Shown here piece by piece: positions 1 to 7,901 of a DNA stretch of 32,000 nt. This DNA is from an uncultured Actinomycetota bacterium (lineage in GTDB: Bacteria; Actinomycetota; Actinomycetes; Mycobacteriales; Mycobacteriaceae): assembly GCA_963758775.1 (NCBI GenBank), contig CAVWWU010000010.1, forward strand, positions 1,325,346-1,357,345. Direction: 5' to 3'. The notes below the pieces were generated by a model that did not search any database, was not told where the DNA came from, and worked only from the letters and a program-made list of their open reading frames with translations. Within the stretch, counting starts at the first letter, position 1. The number at the start of each line of letters is the position of its first letter. The position numbers were made by a program, and so were the translations under genes.

Positions 1-1
1 G

Positions 2-295
2 CGGATCGGCAGGTTCTTGGGCGGTCCCGGCGGTCGAACGGGCTGGTCGGCGGTGTTCGAGGACCTGTCGCGGCGGGCGCAACCACGACCCGAAACCACC
101 GGCGAGGCCGGCGACGGGGTGTGGGCCATCTACACGGTGGACGGCGACGGAGCCGCCCACGTCGAAGAGGTCTACGCCAGCGAACTTGAAGCGCTGCGGG
201 CGAACAAGAACAACGTCGACCCGAAGCGCAAGGTGCGCTTCCTGCCGTACGGAATCGCGGTCAGCGTCCTCGACGACTCGGAAGAATCCGCCTGA
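2..295 (+). CDS. 3' end of a conserved hypothetical protein, 5'-truncated by the window edge
   Basis: The frame is open from nt 2 to TGA at 293-295. Third codon positions are G/C-rich. No motif recognised (...VWAIYTVDGDGAAHVEEVYASELEALRANKNNVDPKRKVRFLPYG...). Confidence 0.45.
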   Translation, partial: RIGRFLGGPGGRTGWSAVFEDLSRRAQPRPETTGEAGDGVWAIYTVDGDGAAHVEEVYASELEALRANKNNVDPKRKVRFLPYGIAVSVLDDSEESA

Positions 296-309
296 CCTTT
301 TCCGGTCAG
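292..309. terminator. Short hairpin between convergent stop codons (CTGACC-ttttcc-GGTCAG)
   Basis: 6-bp inverted repeat at 292-297 / 304-309. Its arms contain the TGA of the + gene (293-295) and the TGA of the - gene (306-308). The stem is weak and there is no U-tract. Confidence 0.25.
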
Positions 310-1037
310 CCCTGCTGCACGACGTTTCCCTCGCCGGACTTGCTGATCTTCGGCGAGCCGGCGTGATAGGTCACCTTGTTGTTGAAGCCGGACGCGTCGA
401 TGGTGTCGACCGAGTCGACCGTGACCACGTTCTGCACGCCCGACACCGTGAGGCTGGTGCAGTGGCCGGTGATCGTGACCGTGTTCGAGACCCCGCTGAC
501 GTCGACGGTGTTGACGTTGCAGGCGATCGTCTGATTCTCGCTGATTCCCGCCACCGTGAGGTTGCCACCGGGAGGCGCCGTCGAGGACGCGGGAGGGGTG
601 GGCGCCAGCGTTATCGTCAGGCTCGGCGCTGACCTGGGAGCTGTACTGGGAAACGTCCTCGGCGCGGGGGTGATTCGGGAACTGCTGGGTGGGCTCGACA
701 GCGTCACGGAGCCGGAACGGGAGAACTGGTTGCCGATAAAAACGGCGATGCCACCGACCAGGGCCAGCACGCCGACCACCACCACCGTGCCCAGGATCCA
801 CCACGCGCGATTACCGCCCGACGGCGGTCGCGGCGATGACATGTACGGGCCGCCGCCGTAGCTTCCCGGGGCCCCGAAACTTCCTGCCGGCGGCACGGGC
901 GCGCCGGACCAGGGCGGCGCCTGGTAGCTGTATCCGCCGGCCGGTTGCGCGCCACCGAGTTCGGAGGCGCTTGCCGCATCGGACAGTGGCTGCTCGAGCT
1001 CCCGGATCCGGCGTTCCGGGTCATCCTCTGCGTTCAT
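306..1037 (-). CDS. Membrane-anchored DUF3060-type protein: Pro/Gly-rich N-region, one TM helix, C-terminal DUF3060-like repeats
   Basis: The C-terminus has repeated 'G..N.V.I.G.C' blocks (NTVTITGHCTSLTVSGVQNVVTVDSVDTIDASGFNNKVTY). TM segment is WWILGTVVVVGVLALVGGIAVFI. I chose the start at MNAEDDPERRIRELEQ (ATG 1037) rather than ORF-track 1109, so the gene does not overlap the divergent gene. Confidence 0.75.
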   Translation of the reverse strand: MNAEDDPERRIRELEQPLSDAASASELGGAQPAGGYSYQAPPWSGAPVPPAGSFGAPGSYGGGPYMSSPRPPSGGNRAWWILGTVVVVGVLALVGGIAVFIGNQFSRSGSVTLSSPPSSSRITPAPRTFPSTAPRSAPSLTITLAPTPPASSTAPPGGNLTVAGISENQTIACNVNTVDVSGVSNTVTITGHCTSLTVSGVQNVVTVDSVDTIDASGFNNKVTYHAGSPKISKSGEGNVVQQG

Positions 1038-1085
1038 GCACAGATGCTCCCACCGGATCGTGGTCAATGGGTAAGTTTCTGCACT

Positions 1086-2093
1086 GTGCCCGATTTGCTG
1101 AATCGCCAAATCCTGTTGCGTCGCCGCCCGAACGGGCTGGTGCAGCCCGAGGACACCGAGCTGATCACCGCGCCGGCCCCCGAGCCGGCCGAAGGCGAGG
1201 CGCTGGTCCGTACGACCTATGTGGGCGTCGACGCCGCCGCCCGCACCTGGCTCGACGGGCAGCCGGGTTACCTTCCGCCCGTCGAACTGGGTGACGTCAT
1301 CCGGGCCGCCGGGATCGGCGAGGTGGTGGCGTCACGCTGCGACGCGTACGCCGTCGGGGACGTGGTCACCACGCTGACCGGGTTCCAGGAATATGTGATC
1401 GTCCGCGACGACCTGTTCACCACGCCCACCCCGAGTCCCGATGTCGACCAGCTCGCGGTGATGTCGGTGTACGGCCCGACGGGCGCCACCGCCTATTTCG
1501 GGATGACCGGCATCGGCCGGCCCCAGCCCGGGGAGACCGTGGTCGTGTCGGCGGCCGCGGGCGCCACCGGATCGGTGGCGGGGCAGATCGCCAAGATCGC
1601 CGGCGCGCGTGTGGTCGGCATCGCCGGCGGCCCGGCGAAATGCCGCGCCGTCGTCGAGGATTTCGGCTTCGACGCCTGCATCGACCACCGCGAGGACGGC
1701 CTGCCGGCGGCGCTCAAGACGCATTGCCCCCGCGGGGTCGACGTCTACTTCGACAACGTCGGCGGCCCTATCCTCGACGCGGTGCTGGGCCGGCTGGCGC
1801 ACAAGGCGCGCGTCGTGCTGTGCGGCGTCATCTCCAGCTACCTGACGGGCCAGCACCCGGGCCCGGCCAACTACGTGAGCCTGCTGGCCAAGTCCGCGCT
1901 CATGCAGGGGTTCAACGCGCTGGAGGAGTGGAGCCGCTTCGACGAAGCCTTCGCCGCGCTGCATCAATGGGAGCTGGAGGGCCGGCTCAAACACCGCGAG
2001 ACCGTGTTTGAGGGCATCGAGTCCTGCGTCGATGCCCTCAACGGCCTGTTCACCGGCGCCAACATCGGCAAGATGCTGGTCCGGCTCAGTTAG
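1086..2093 (+). CDS. NADP-dependent oxidoreductase, MDR superfamily (YncB/CurA, alkenal/one reductase-like)
   Basis: Cofactor motif AAAGATGSVAGQIAKIAGARVVGIAGG. N-terminus is NRQILLRRRPNGLVQPEDTEL and C-terminus is NGLFTGANIGKMLVRL, both typical of this family. Start is GTG 1086 (or TTG 1095). The ORF-track start at 945 would overlap the divergent gene. Confidence 0.85.
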   Translation: MPDLLNRQILLRRRPNGLVQPEDTELITAPAPEPAEGEALVRTTYVGVDAAARTWLDGQPGYLPPVELGDVIRAAGIGEVVASRCDAYAVGDVVTTLTGFQEYVIVRDDLFTTPTPSPDVDQLAVMSVYGPTGATAYFGMTGIGRPQPGETVVVSAAAGATGSVAGQIAKIAGARVVGIAGGPAKCRAVVEDFGFDACIDHREDGLPAALKTHCPRGVDVYFDNVGGPILDAVLGRLAHKARVVLCGVISSYLTGQHPGPANYVSLLAKSALMQGFNALEEWSRFDEAFAALHQWELEGRLKHRETVFEGIESCVDALNGLFTGANIGKMLVRLS

Positions 2094-2737
2094 CTCTCAC
2101 TCAGCGCGCGGTACAGCGTCTTCTTGGCGTCCTTGAGGGCTTCCAGCACCTTGGTCCGCGTCTCGCCGAGCAGTTGCTTCTGCTCATCGGTGCCGGTCCA
2201 GGTGATCGTGCGGGCCAACCCGGCGAGTTCGAAGAGCTCCCGGCGGATCTTGAACACGTCGCCGAACTGAGCCGCCCGCGCCAGGAACGCCTGCGCCGTC
2301 TCGGCGCTGATGCCCTTCCACGCCAGGAAGTTCTTGCCGAACTCGGTCAGCGTGGCCACTCCGTTGTCGACCGTGACCGCGCCCCGGCCGGCGAGCAGCC
2401 CGATGGCGAGCTCGGCCACCTCCTGCGGAGGGGTGAAGGCGCCATCGGTCTTCTCCGACACGCGCTGCACGACCTGCGCCGCGTCGGCCGGCCCGTCGAG
2501 CAGCATTGCCGCGGTCGCCAGGCTGGCCCGCTTCAGGCGCCGCGGGCCGCCATGTTTGCCGAAGGGGCCGCCAAAACCGGGGCCATGACCGTGACCGCCG
2601 AAGCCCGGGCCGCCCGGGCCGCCGAAACCAGGCGCGCCCCAGCCGGGGCCGCCAAAGCCGGGTCCGCCGAAGCCCGGGCCACCGAAGCCTGGCCCTCCGA
2701 AGCCCCCAAATCCACCGAAAAATCCGCCACCAGACAT
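2090..2737 (-). CDS. PadR-like winged-helix protein with a Gly/Phe-rich N-terminal tail
   Basis: The first ~65 aa are (G)nF/PGFGG repeats. This is followed by RRLKRASLATAAMLLDGPADAAQVVQRVSEKTDGAFTPPQEVAELAIGLLAGRGAVTVDNGVATLTEFG, which resembles the actinobacterial PadR layout. The family call is from recollection. Its stop overlaps the stop of the convergent gene (2090-2093). Confidence 0.6.
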   Translation of the reverse strand: MSGGGFFGGFGGFGGPGFGGPGFGGPGFGGPGWGAPGFGGPGGPGFGGHGHGPGFGGPFGKHGGPRRLKRASLATAAMLLDGPADAAQVVQRVSEKTDGAFTPPQEVAELAIGLLAGRGAVTVDNGVATLTEFGKNFLAWKGISAETAQAFLARAAQFGDVFKIRRELFELAGLARTITWTGTDEQKQLLGETRTKVLEALKDAKKTLYRALSES

Positions 2738-2960
2738 CGTTGTCGTTTCCTTTCCATGAGTCCATGTGGGATATCAACTTCCTTGATACCACCGCCTCCG
2801 TCAATGTCAACCAACTTGATGGTGACCAGTGGCTGATATCGTCGCCGCGGGCCTGTCAGCGGTGCGCAGCGGGCCGCCGCGTGGTTTCATAACACCGCCC
2901 GCGGAATTTGCTTGGGGGATGACGCCGAGGTCGGCGTCCTGGTGGATTGGTGGTACGTGT

Positions 2961-3755
2961 ATGGATCGTCGCAGCATGTTGATGATGGCGGGGATGGGCA
3001 TGCTTGCCGGTGCGATCAACCTCCCCGAATCCCCACAGGCCACGGCTGCGCCCGGCGGATACATCTTCCAGGACGAATTCGACGGTCCGGCGGGCTCGCC
3101 TCCCGATCCGGCCAAGTGGACGATCCAGACCTGGCAGGACGACGTGTTCCCGCCGGTTGCGGGCATCTATCGCGACGACCGCCGAAACGTCTTTCAGGAC
3201 GGCAACTCCAACCTCGTCTTGGCCGCGACCCAGGAAAACGGCGAGTACTTCAGCGGGAAACTGCGCGGCAACTTCCGCAGCATGATCAACCAGACCTGGG
3301 AAGCGCGGATCAAGCTGGACTGCTTGTTCCCCGGCCTGTGGCCCTCGTTCTGGGGGGTCAACGAAGATCCGCTGCCGGACGGCGAGGTCGACATCTTCGA
3401 GTGGTACGGCAACGGCTCGTGGCCGCCGGGGACCACGGTGCACGCGGCATCAAACGGGAAAACCTGGGAGGGACGATCGATTCCCGGCCTGGTGGATGGC
3501 GGTTGGCACACCTGGCGCATGCACTGGGGCACGGAAGGGTTCCAATTCTCGCGCGATGGAGCGCAGTACTTCAGCGTCCCCAACAAGCCCATCCCCGTGC
3601 ACGGCAACCCGACCGACCTGCGCTGGCCGTTCAACAACCCCGGCTACTGGATGACGCCCATGTTCACCCTTGCGGTGGGTGGGGTTGGCGCCGGCGATCC
3701 GGCCGCGGGCACCTATCCGGCGACGATGCTCGTCGACTACGTGCGCATCTGGTAG
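2961..3755 (+). CDS. Secreted glycoside hydrolase family 16 (beta-glucanase/laminarinase-like) with a Tat-type signal
   Basis: GH16 catalytic motif E-x-D-x-x-E is present as GEVDIFEW. The N-terminus is MDRRSMLMMAGMGMLAGAINLPESPQATA, with a twin-arginine and an AxA-like site. Start is ATG 2961 (residue 45 of ORF 2829..3755). Confidence 0.85.
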   Translation: MDRRSMLMMAGMGMLAGAINLPESPQATAAPGGYIFQDEFDGPAGSPPDPAKWTIQTWQDDVFPPVAGIYRDDRRNVFQDGNSNLVLAATQENGEYFSGKLRGNFRSMINQTWEARIKLDCLFPGLWPSFWGVNEDPLPDGEVDIFEWYGNGSWPPGTTVHAASNGKTWEGRSIPGLVDGGWHTWRMHWGTEGFQFSRDGAQYFSVPNKPIPVHGNPTDLRWPFNNPGYWMTPMFTLAVGGVGAGDPAAGTYPATMLVDYVRIW

Positions 3756-5237
3756 CTACCGCGTCGCCTTGATGACCTGAACCAGGTTGAACTGCCAGCG
3801 TTCGACGAGCCGGAAACCCAGATCGTGCGGAACGGCGAACGCCGGTGTCACGCCGTAGACGGGACCGGGCGGTAGCGCCACGCCCTGCTCGTGGGCCGGC
3901 ACCGAGTTGTCGGCCTGGGTGATGATCCAGACCACGCGGCACTGGCTCAACGGCGTGGCGACCACCTCGGGAATGAGGTTGGTGTCGAACACGTCGTTGC
4001 GGTCGGTCGCCCGCTGCCACAGGGTGAGGTCGACCAGTTTCCGGTACGCATCGGGGCGCGCCGCAAGCAGCGGCCGCATCGGGGCGGGCATGAACGTCAC
4101 CGTGTCGTTGACGAGTAGGCAATCCCCCGGCGCCGCCTTGGCGGTGATCAGGTCGGCGACCTGGCTGTAGTCCATGCCGTATTTGGCGTACGGGTTACGT
4201 TGCGCTCTAAGGTAATTCGGCGCCGCGGCGATGGCGAAAAGAGATATCAGAGCGGTTGCCTGCCATGGTTTTGCCGCTAACGCGCCGACACAGACCCCGA
4301 GGATCAGCGCCATCGCCGGTGCGGTGAAGGACAGATACCGCGGCGTGTACACCGGGTGCACCACCGCGGCGGCAAGCACGATCAGCGCAGTCGGTATCAC
4401 GATCCACGCCACGGCCAAGGCAATAAGCTGCCGATCGAGTTTCGGAGATGTCCAGCGCCACAGCGCAATCGCCGCCAGGATGACCAGCGCCGACAGCACC
4501 GCGAACGGCGGGCAACGCTCAAAGTACTGCTGTACCAGCACGTCTTCGATGGTCCGGTGTCCGATTGGTGCGATCCATTTGATCTGCTGCACCTGCCCGA
4601 CGACCTCGATCACGAACGGCGCCAACGCGCACACCGTCAAACCCGACGTTACGGCGAACGGGGCGAGGCGAGTGCGGCGGAAGGCGCACATGAAGATGAT
4701 GTGCGCCAGTAACACCAGCGCCAGATACATGTCGAGCAGGATCGACAATGCCAGGACGGCCCCGTAAGACAGCCACCACCAACGACTTTCGCGCCGTCCG
4801 GCGGCGATGAGCAGCACGGTGAGCCACACGGCGGCCATCATCGACAGGGCATAGGGACGGGCCTCGATACCCGCCCACGTCGTGCGGGGCAGGATTCCGC
4901 ACAGCGCACCGGCGCTCAAAGCCACAGTGCGCGATGAGAACTGCTTGCCCAGCACGACGATTCCCGCCGCCGCGCCGCCGACGGCGAGGCCGCTCGGAGC
5001 GCGCGACCAGAACTCCGTGGGCGGAAAGATCTGAAACCAGCCGTGCATGAACAGGTAGTACAAGCCGTGGACGGCGTCGACATTGGCCAGCATCCGCCAC
5101 AGCTGACCCAGCGAGCGGCCGTAGGACGCGGAAATCGTGGCGGCCTCGTCGTACCAGAAGGACGGGCGGGCGGCGCCGGCCAGACTCACCACGGCGGCCA
5201 GCGCTCCGACAATCAACGGGTCAAGGCGCCGCGACAC
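3756..5237 (-). CDS. Polytopic GT-C fold membrane glycosyl/mannosyltransferase (GT39 / PMT_2-like)
   Basis: About 11 hydrophobic segments. First-loop acidic motif is SFWYDEAAT. A C-terminal soluble domain follows. Sequence is typical of mycobacterial 'glycosyltransferase family 39' proteins. Confidence 0.75.
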   Translation of the reverse strand: MSRRLDPLIVGALAAVVSLAGAARPSFWYDEAATISASYGRSLGQLWRMLANVDAVHGLYYLFMHGWFQIFPPTEFWSRAPSGLAVGGAAAGIVVLGKQFSSRTVALSAGALCGILPRTTWAGIEARPYALSMMAAVWLTVLLIAAGRRESRWWWLSYGAVLALSILLDMYLALVLLAHIIFMCAFRRTRLAPFAVTSGLTVCALAPFVIEVVGQVQQIKWIAPIGHRTIEDVLVQQYFERCPPFAVLSALVILAAIALWRWTSPKLDRQLIALAVAWIVIPTALIVLAAAVVHPVYTPRYLSFTAPAMALILGVCVGALAAKPWQATALISLFAIAAAPNYLRAQRNPYAKYGMDYSQVADLITAKAAPGDCLLVNDTVTFMPAPMRPLLAARPDAYRKLVDLTLWQRATDRNDVFDTNLIPEVVATPLSQCRVVWIITQADNSVPAHEQGVALPPGPVYGVTPAFAVPHDLGFRLVERWQFNLVQVIKATR

Positions 5238-5272
5238 ATCGCTATGGTGTCATTCGAACGTATGATCGATCG

Positions 5273-5581
5273 ATGGTTCCGCTCGGGTCGATCGGGTACA
5301 ACGGTCAGCCGGTCCGCAGCCCGTTTCGGGTGGTGCGCCCTCCGATCGCGGTGCTCGTCGACCTGACCGCCGTCTTCCCGCGTGAGCCGCACCGCTCGGG
5401 CCGGTACCAACCCAACGGTCTGCAGTTGCACAAGGTGGTGGAGGGGCGGCTGAGTTGCTGGGGGATCTGCGAGCAGGGCGACTGGTGGGGCCTGGTGACC
5501 TACCCGATCGTCTATGGATCCCAGCAGAAAACCGTGACGCACTGGATACCGGCCTGGACGCTGCGCCGTAAGGGCCGGTAA
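5273..5581 (+). CDS. Small conserved hypothetical protein (Trp-rich C-terminus)
   Basis: G/C-rich third codon positions. It ends 14 nt before the next gene on the same strand. No motif recognised (…CWGICEQGDWWGLVTYPIVYGSQQKTVTHWIPAWTL). The start is uncertain; an internal GTG is possible. Confidence 0.5.
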   Translation: MVPLGSIGYNGQPVRSPFRVVRPPIAVLVDLTAVFPREPHRSGRYQPNGLQLHKVVEGRLSCWGICEQGDWWGLVTYPIVYGSQQKTVTHWIPAWTLRRKGR

Positions 5582-5595
5582 GCGATGATGCTGCC

Positions 5596-6267
5596 GTGAC
5601 CGACAACTGGATCGCTGTGCTGACCAAGCTCATTCCACTCGGACTGGTGATTGCGCTCTCACCGATCACTGTCATTCCCGCGGTACTGGTCCTGCACACA
5701 CCCCGGCCGCGGCCGACCAGCCTCGCCTTCCTCACCGGCTGGTTGTTTGGCCTAGTCGCGCTCACCGCGGCGTTCGTCGGGGCCTCCGACCTGCTCGACG
5801 GCTTGCATGCCGCCCCGCCGAGATGGGCGTCCTGGCTGCGCGTGGTCCTCGGTTCGGTGCTGATCGCTTTCGGCGTCTATACCTGGCTGACTCGGCGCCG
5901 GCACCGCAAGACGCCGGGCTGGTTGAGTTCGTTCGGCAAACTTACGCCCGCGCGCGCCGGGGTGACCGGAGCAGTGCTGGTGGCGGTTCGACCCGAGGTG
6001 CTGATCATGTGCGCGGCGGCGGGCCTGGCGATCGGCACCGGTGGGCTGGCCGTCCCGGCCGCCTGGACGTCCGGCCTGGTCTTCGTCGTCGTCGCCGCGT
6101 CAACGGTTGCCATCCCTATCCTGGGGTTCCTCGCCGCGGGCGACCGCCTCGACGACACGCTGGAACGGCTCAAGGTTTGGATGGAGGAAAACCATGCCGC
6201 GATGATGGCGGTCATCTTGGTTGTGATCGGATTGATCGTTCTCTACAACGGGATTCACGCTCTGTAG
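5596..6267 (+). CDS. Gap/Sap-like (GAP family, SfLAP-type) integral membrane protein, copy 1
   Basis: N-terminus is W..VL..LIPLGLVIALSPITVIPAVLVLHTPRPRP, with 6 predicted TM segments. It is clearly paralogous to the next gene. GTG start. Confidence 0.8.
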   Translation: MTDNWIAVLTKLIPLGLVIALSPITVIPAVLVLHTPRPRPTSLAFLTGWLFGLVALTAAFVGASDLLDGLHAAPPRWASWLRVVLGSVLIAFGVYTWLTRRRHRKTPGWLSSFGKLTPARAGVTGAVLVAVRPEVLIMCAAAGLAIGTGGLAVPAAWTSGLVFVVVAASTVAIPILGFLAAGDRLDDTLERLKVWMEENHAAMMAVILVVIGLIVLYNGIHAL

Positions 6268-6295
6268 CGACTCGCAGATGGGAAGATAGCTGCCC

Positions 6296-6976
6296 GTGAC
6301 TCACAGTTGGAGTTCTGTGCTGGGCGCGCTCATCCCGCTCGGGTTCGTTATCGCTCTCTCGCCGATCACGGTGATCCCGGCGGTCTTGGTGTTGCAGTCG
6401 CCGCGGCCGCGGCCGGCCGGACTGGCTTTCCTGGCCGGCTGGGCGTCGGGCCTGGCCACGCTGACGGCGGTCGCCGTCGCTGGATCCGGCCTGCTCGGCG
6501 GGCTGCACAAACCGGCGCCGCGGTGGGCATCCTGGCTGCGCGTCATCCTCGGGGCGGCCCTCATCATCTACGGCATCTACCAGTGGTCTACCCGGCAACG
6601 CCACACCGAACAGCCGGGCTGGATGCGTTCGTTCGCCACCATCACCACGCCGCGTGCGGCGCTGACCGGCGTGATGCTGGCCGTGATACGGCCCGACGTG
6701 CTGTTCATTTGCATTCCGGCCGGATTGGCAATCGGTGGAAGTGGGATGGATGTCGCCGATGACTGGATCGCCGCCGCGTTCTTCGTCGCCATCGCGGCCT
6801 CGTCGGTCGCCGTGCCCATCCTGGCGTACGCGGCAGCCGGCAGCCGCCTCGACGATCCAATGGCACGGCTCAAGGATTGGATGGACAAAAACAACGCAGC
6901 GCTGATGGCGGCGATTTTTATCGTGATCGGTGTGATGGTGTTCTACAACGGAGCCAACGCCCTGTGGGGGCTTTAG
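6296..6976 (+). CDS. Gap/Sap-like (GAP family) integral membrane protein, copy 2
   Basis: Collinear with copy 1 (WSSVLGALIPLGFVIALSPITVIPAVLVLQSPRPRP ... RLDDPMARLKDWMDKNNAALMA). GTG start, 28 nt after copy 1. Confidence 0.8.
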   Translation: MTHSWSSVLGALIPLGFVIALSPITVIPAVLVLQSPRPRPAGLAFLAGWASGLATLTAVAVAGSGLLGGLHKPAPRWASWLRVILGAALIIYGIYQWSTRQRHTEQPGWMRSFATITTPRAALTGVMLAVIRPDVLFICIPAGLAIGGSGMDVADDWIAAAFFVAIAASSVAVPILAYAAAGSRLDDPMARLKDWMDKNNAALMAAIFIVIGVMVFYNGANALWGL

Positions 6977-7008
6977 GCGTCGCGAAAATGTAGGGAAATC
7001 CCTGATTC

Positions 7009-7028
7009 ATTGCGGGTCCGCACGCAAT
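7009..7028 (+). terminator. Candidate stem-loop downstream of the Gap-like pair (ATTGCG-N8-CGCAAT)
   Basis: 6-bp inverted repeat starting 33 nt after the stop at 6976. No U-tract, which is common in mycobacteria. Weak. Confidence 0.25.
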
Positions 7029-7061
7029 AGCGTCAAGCCGTCGGCAACCTCCGGCCTCCAC

Positions 7062-7886
7062 GTGACCCTAGGGACGATCATGTCAGTCACCCCCTCACCC
7101 AAATTGCTTTGTGCCGCAGCGGCGGCGTCGCTCAGCGCGACGAGTTTGATGTTTGCGGCGCTCGCTGGCGCCAGTCCGATGCGCCCGCTCGACCCGCCCG
7201 GCGGCTGCGACAGTTACACCATGCCCGCCGGGCTCATCATCAAGCAGAGCGACGGCACTGTCATTACCGTCAACAATGGTGCGGGCGCGGACTTGAGCGG
7301 TGCGCAGGCGTCGTACACGACCAACGGCAAGGTGACGACCGGCAACGCGCACGGGGGCTCCGCGGGAGGAGTCAACCTCAACTTCTCCATCGACTGGAAC
7401 AACGGCCCGGGCGCCGGCGCCACCACCACCTACACCGGCGTTGTCACCAAAACCGGCAACGGGCAGGGCAACACCAGCAGCACCAAAGGTCCCTCGCTGG
7501 TCTGGTCCACCTCCCCGCAGACCTTCGGTTGCGTGATGAACAACCCGGCGCCTCAGCAACAACAGCAACAGCAAGCGCCGGTGGCCAACCCCAACCCCGC
7601 GCCGCCCGCGGGGCCGTCCATCAATGTGACCCCGCACCAGGGCAACCAGAACATCACCTTCGACGTGCAAAACACCTCGGCGGAGGACCTGAAATGCGTT
7701 TACAACGCGAAGAAACTCAGCGGTCAGATTGGGCCGCCGACAACGACGAAGAACTTCTCGCTGAAACCGAACGCGTCAACGACGCTGTCATTCGTCGAGA
7801 TTCCTGTCGGAACCACGTACCAGGTGGATATTTCGTGCACCGGCTCAGACGGCGGTGCGGTCTACTCGCATAACTTCAGCGGGTAG
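7062..7886 (+). CDS. Secreted protein of unknown function: two Cys-paired domains joined by a polyQ/Pro linker
   Basis: Signal-like N-terminus (KLLCAAAAASLSATSLMFAALAGASP). One Cys pair per half (C..C in GGCDSY...FGCVM, and LKCVY...ISCTG). Q7 run encoded at 7554-7574. G/C-rich third positions. Start is GTG 7062 or ATG 7080. Confidence 0.65.
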   Translation: MTLGTIMSVTPSPKLLCAAAAASLSATSLMFAALAGASPMRPLDPPGGCDSYTMPAGLIIKQSDGTVITVNNGAGADLSGAQASYTTNGKVTTGNAHGGSAGGVNLNFSIDWNNGPGAGATTTYTGVVTKTGNGQGNTSSTKGPSLVWSTSPQTFGCVMNNPAPQQQQQQQAPVANPNPAPPAGPSINVTPHQGNQNITFDVQNTSAEDLKCVYNAKKLSGQIGPPTTTKNFSLKPNASTTLSFVEIPVGTTYQVDISCTGSDGGAVYSHNFSG

Positions 7887-7901
7887 CTCCAATTCCGTTG
7901 C

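Noticed and set aside
945-1085. Upstream part of ORF 945..2093, and the upstream part of ORF 306..1109
   Set aside because: The two divergent ORFs would overlap by about 165 nt. Family-typical N-termini begin at GTG 1086 (or TTG 1095) and at ATG 1037 respectively.
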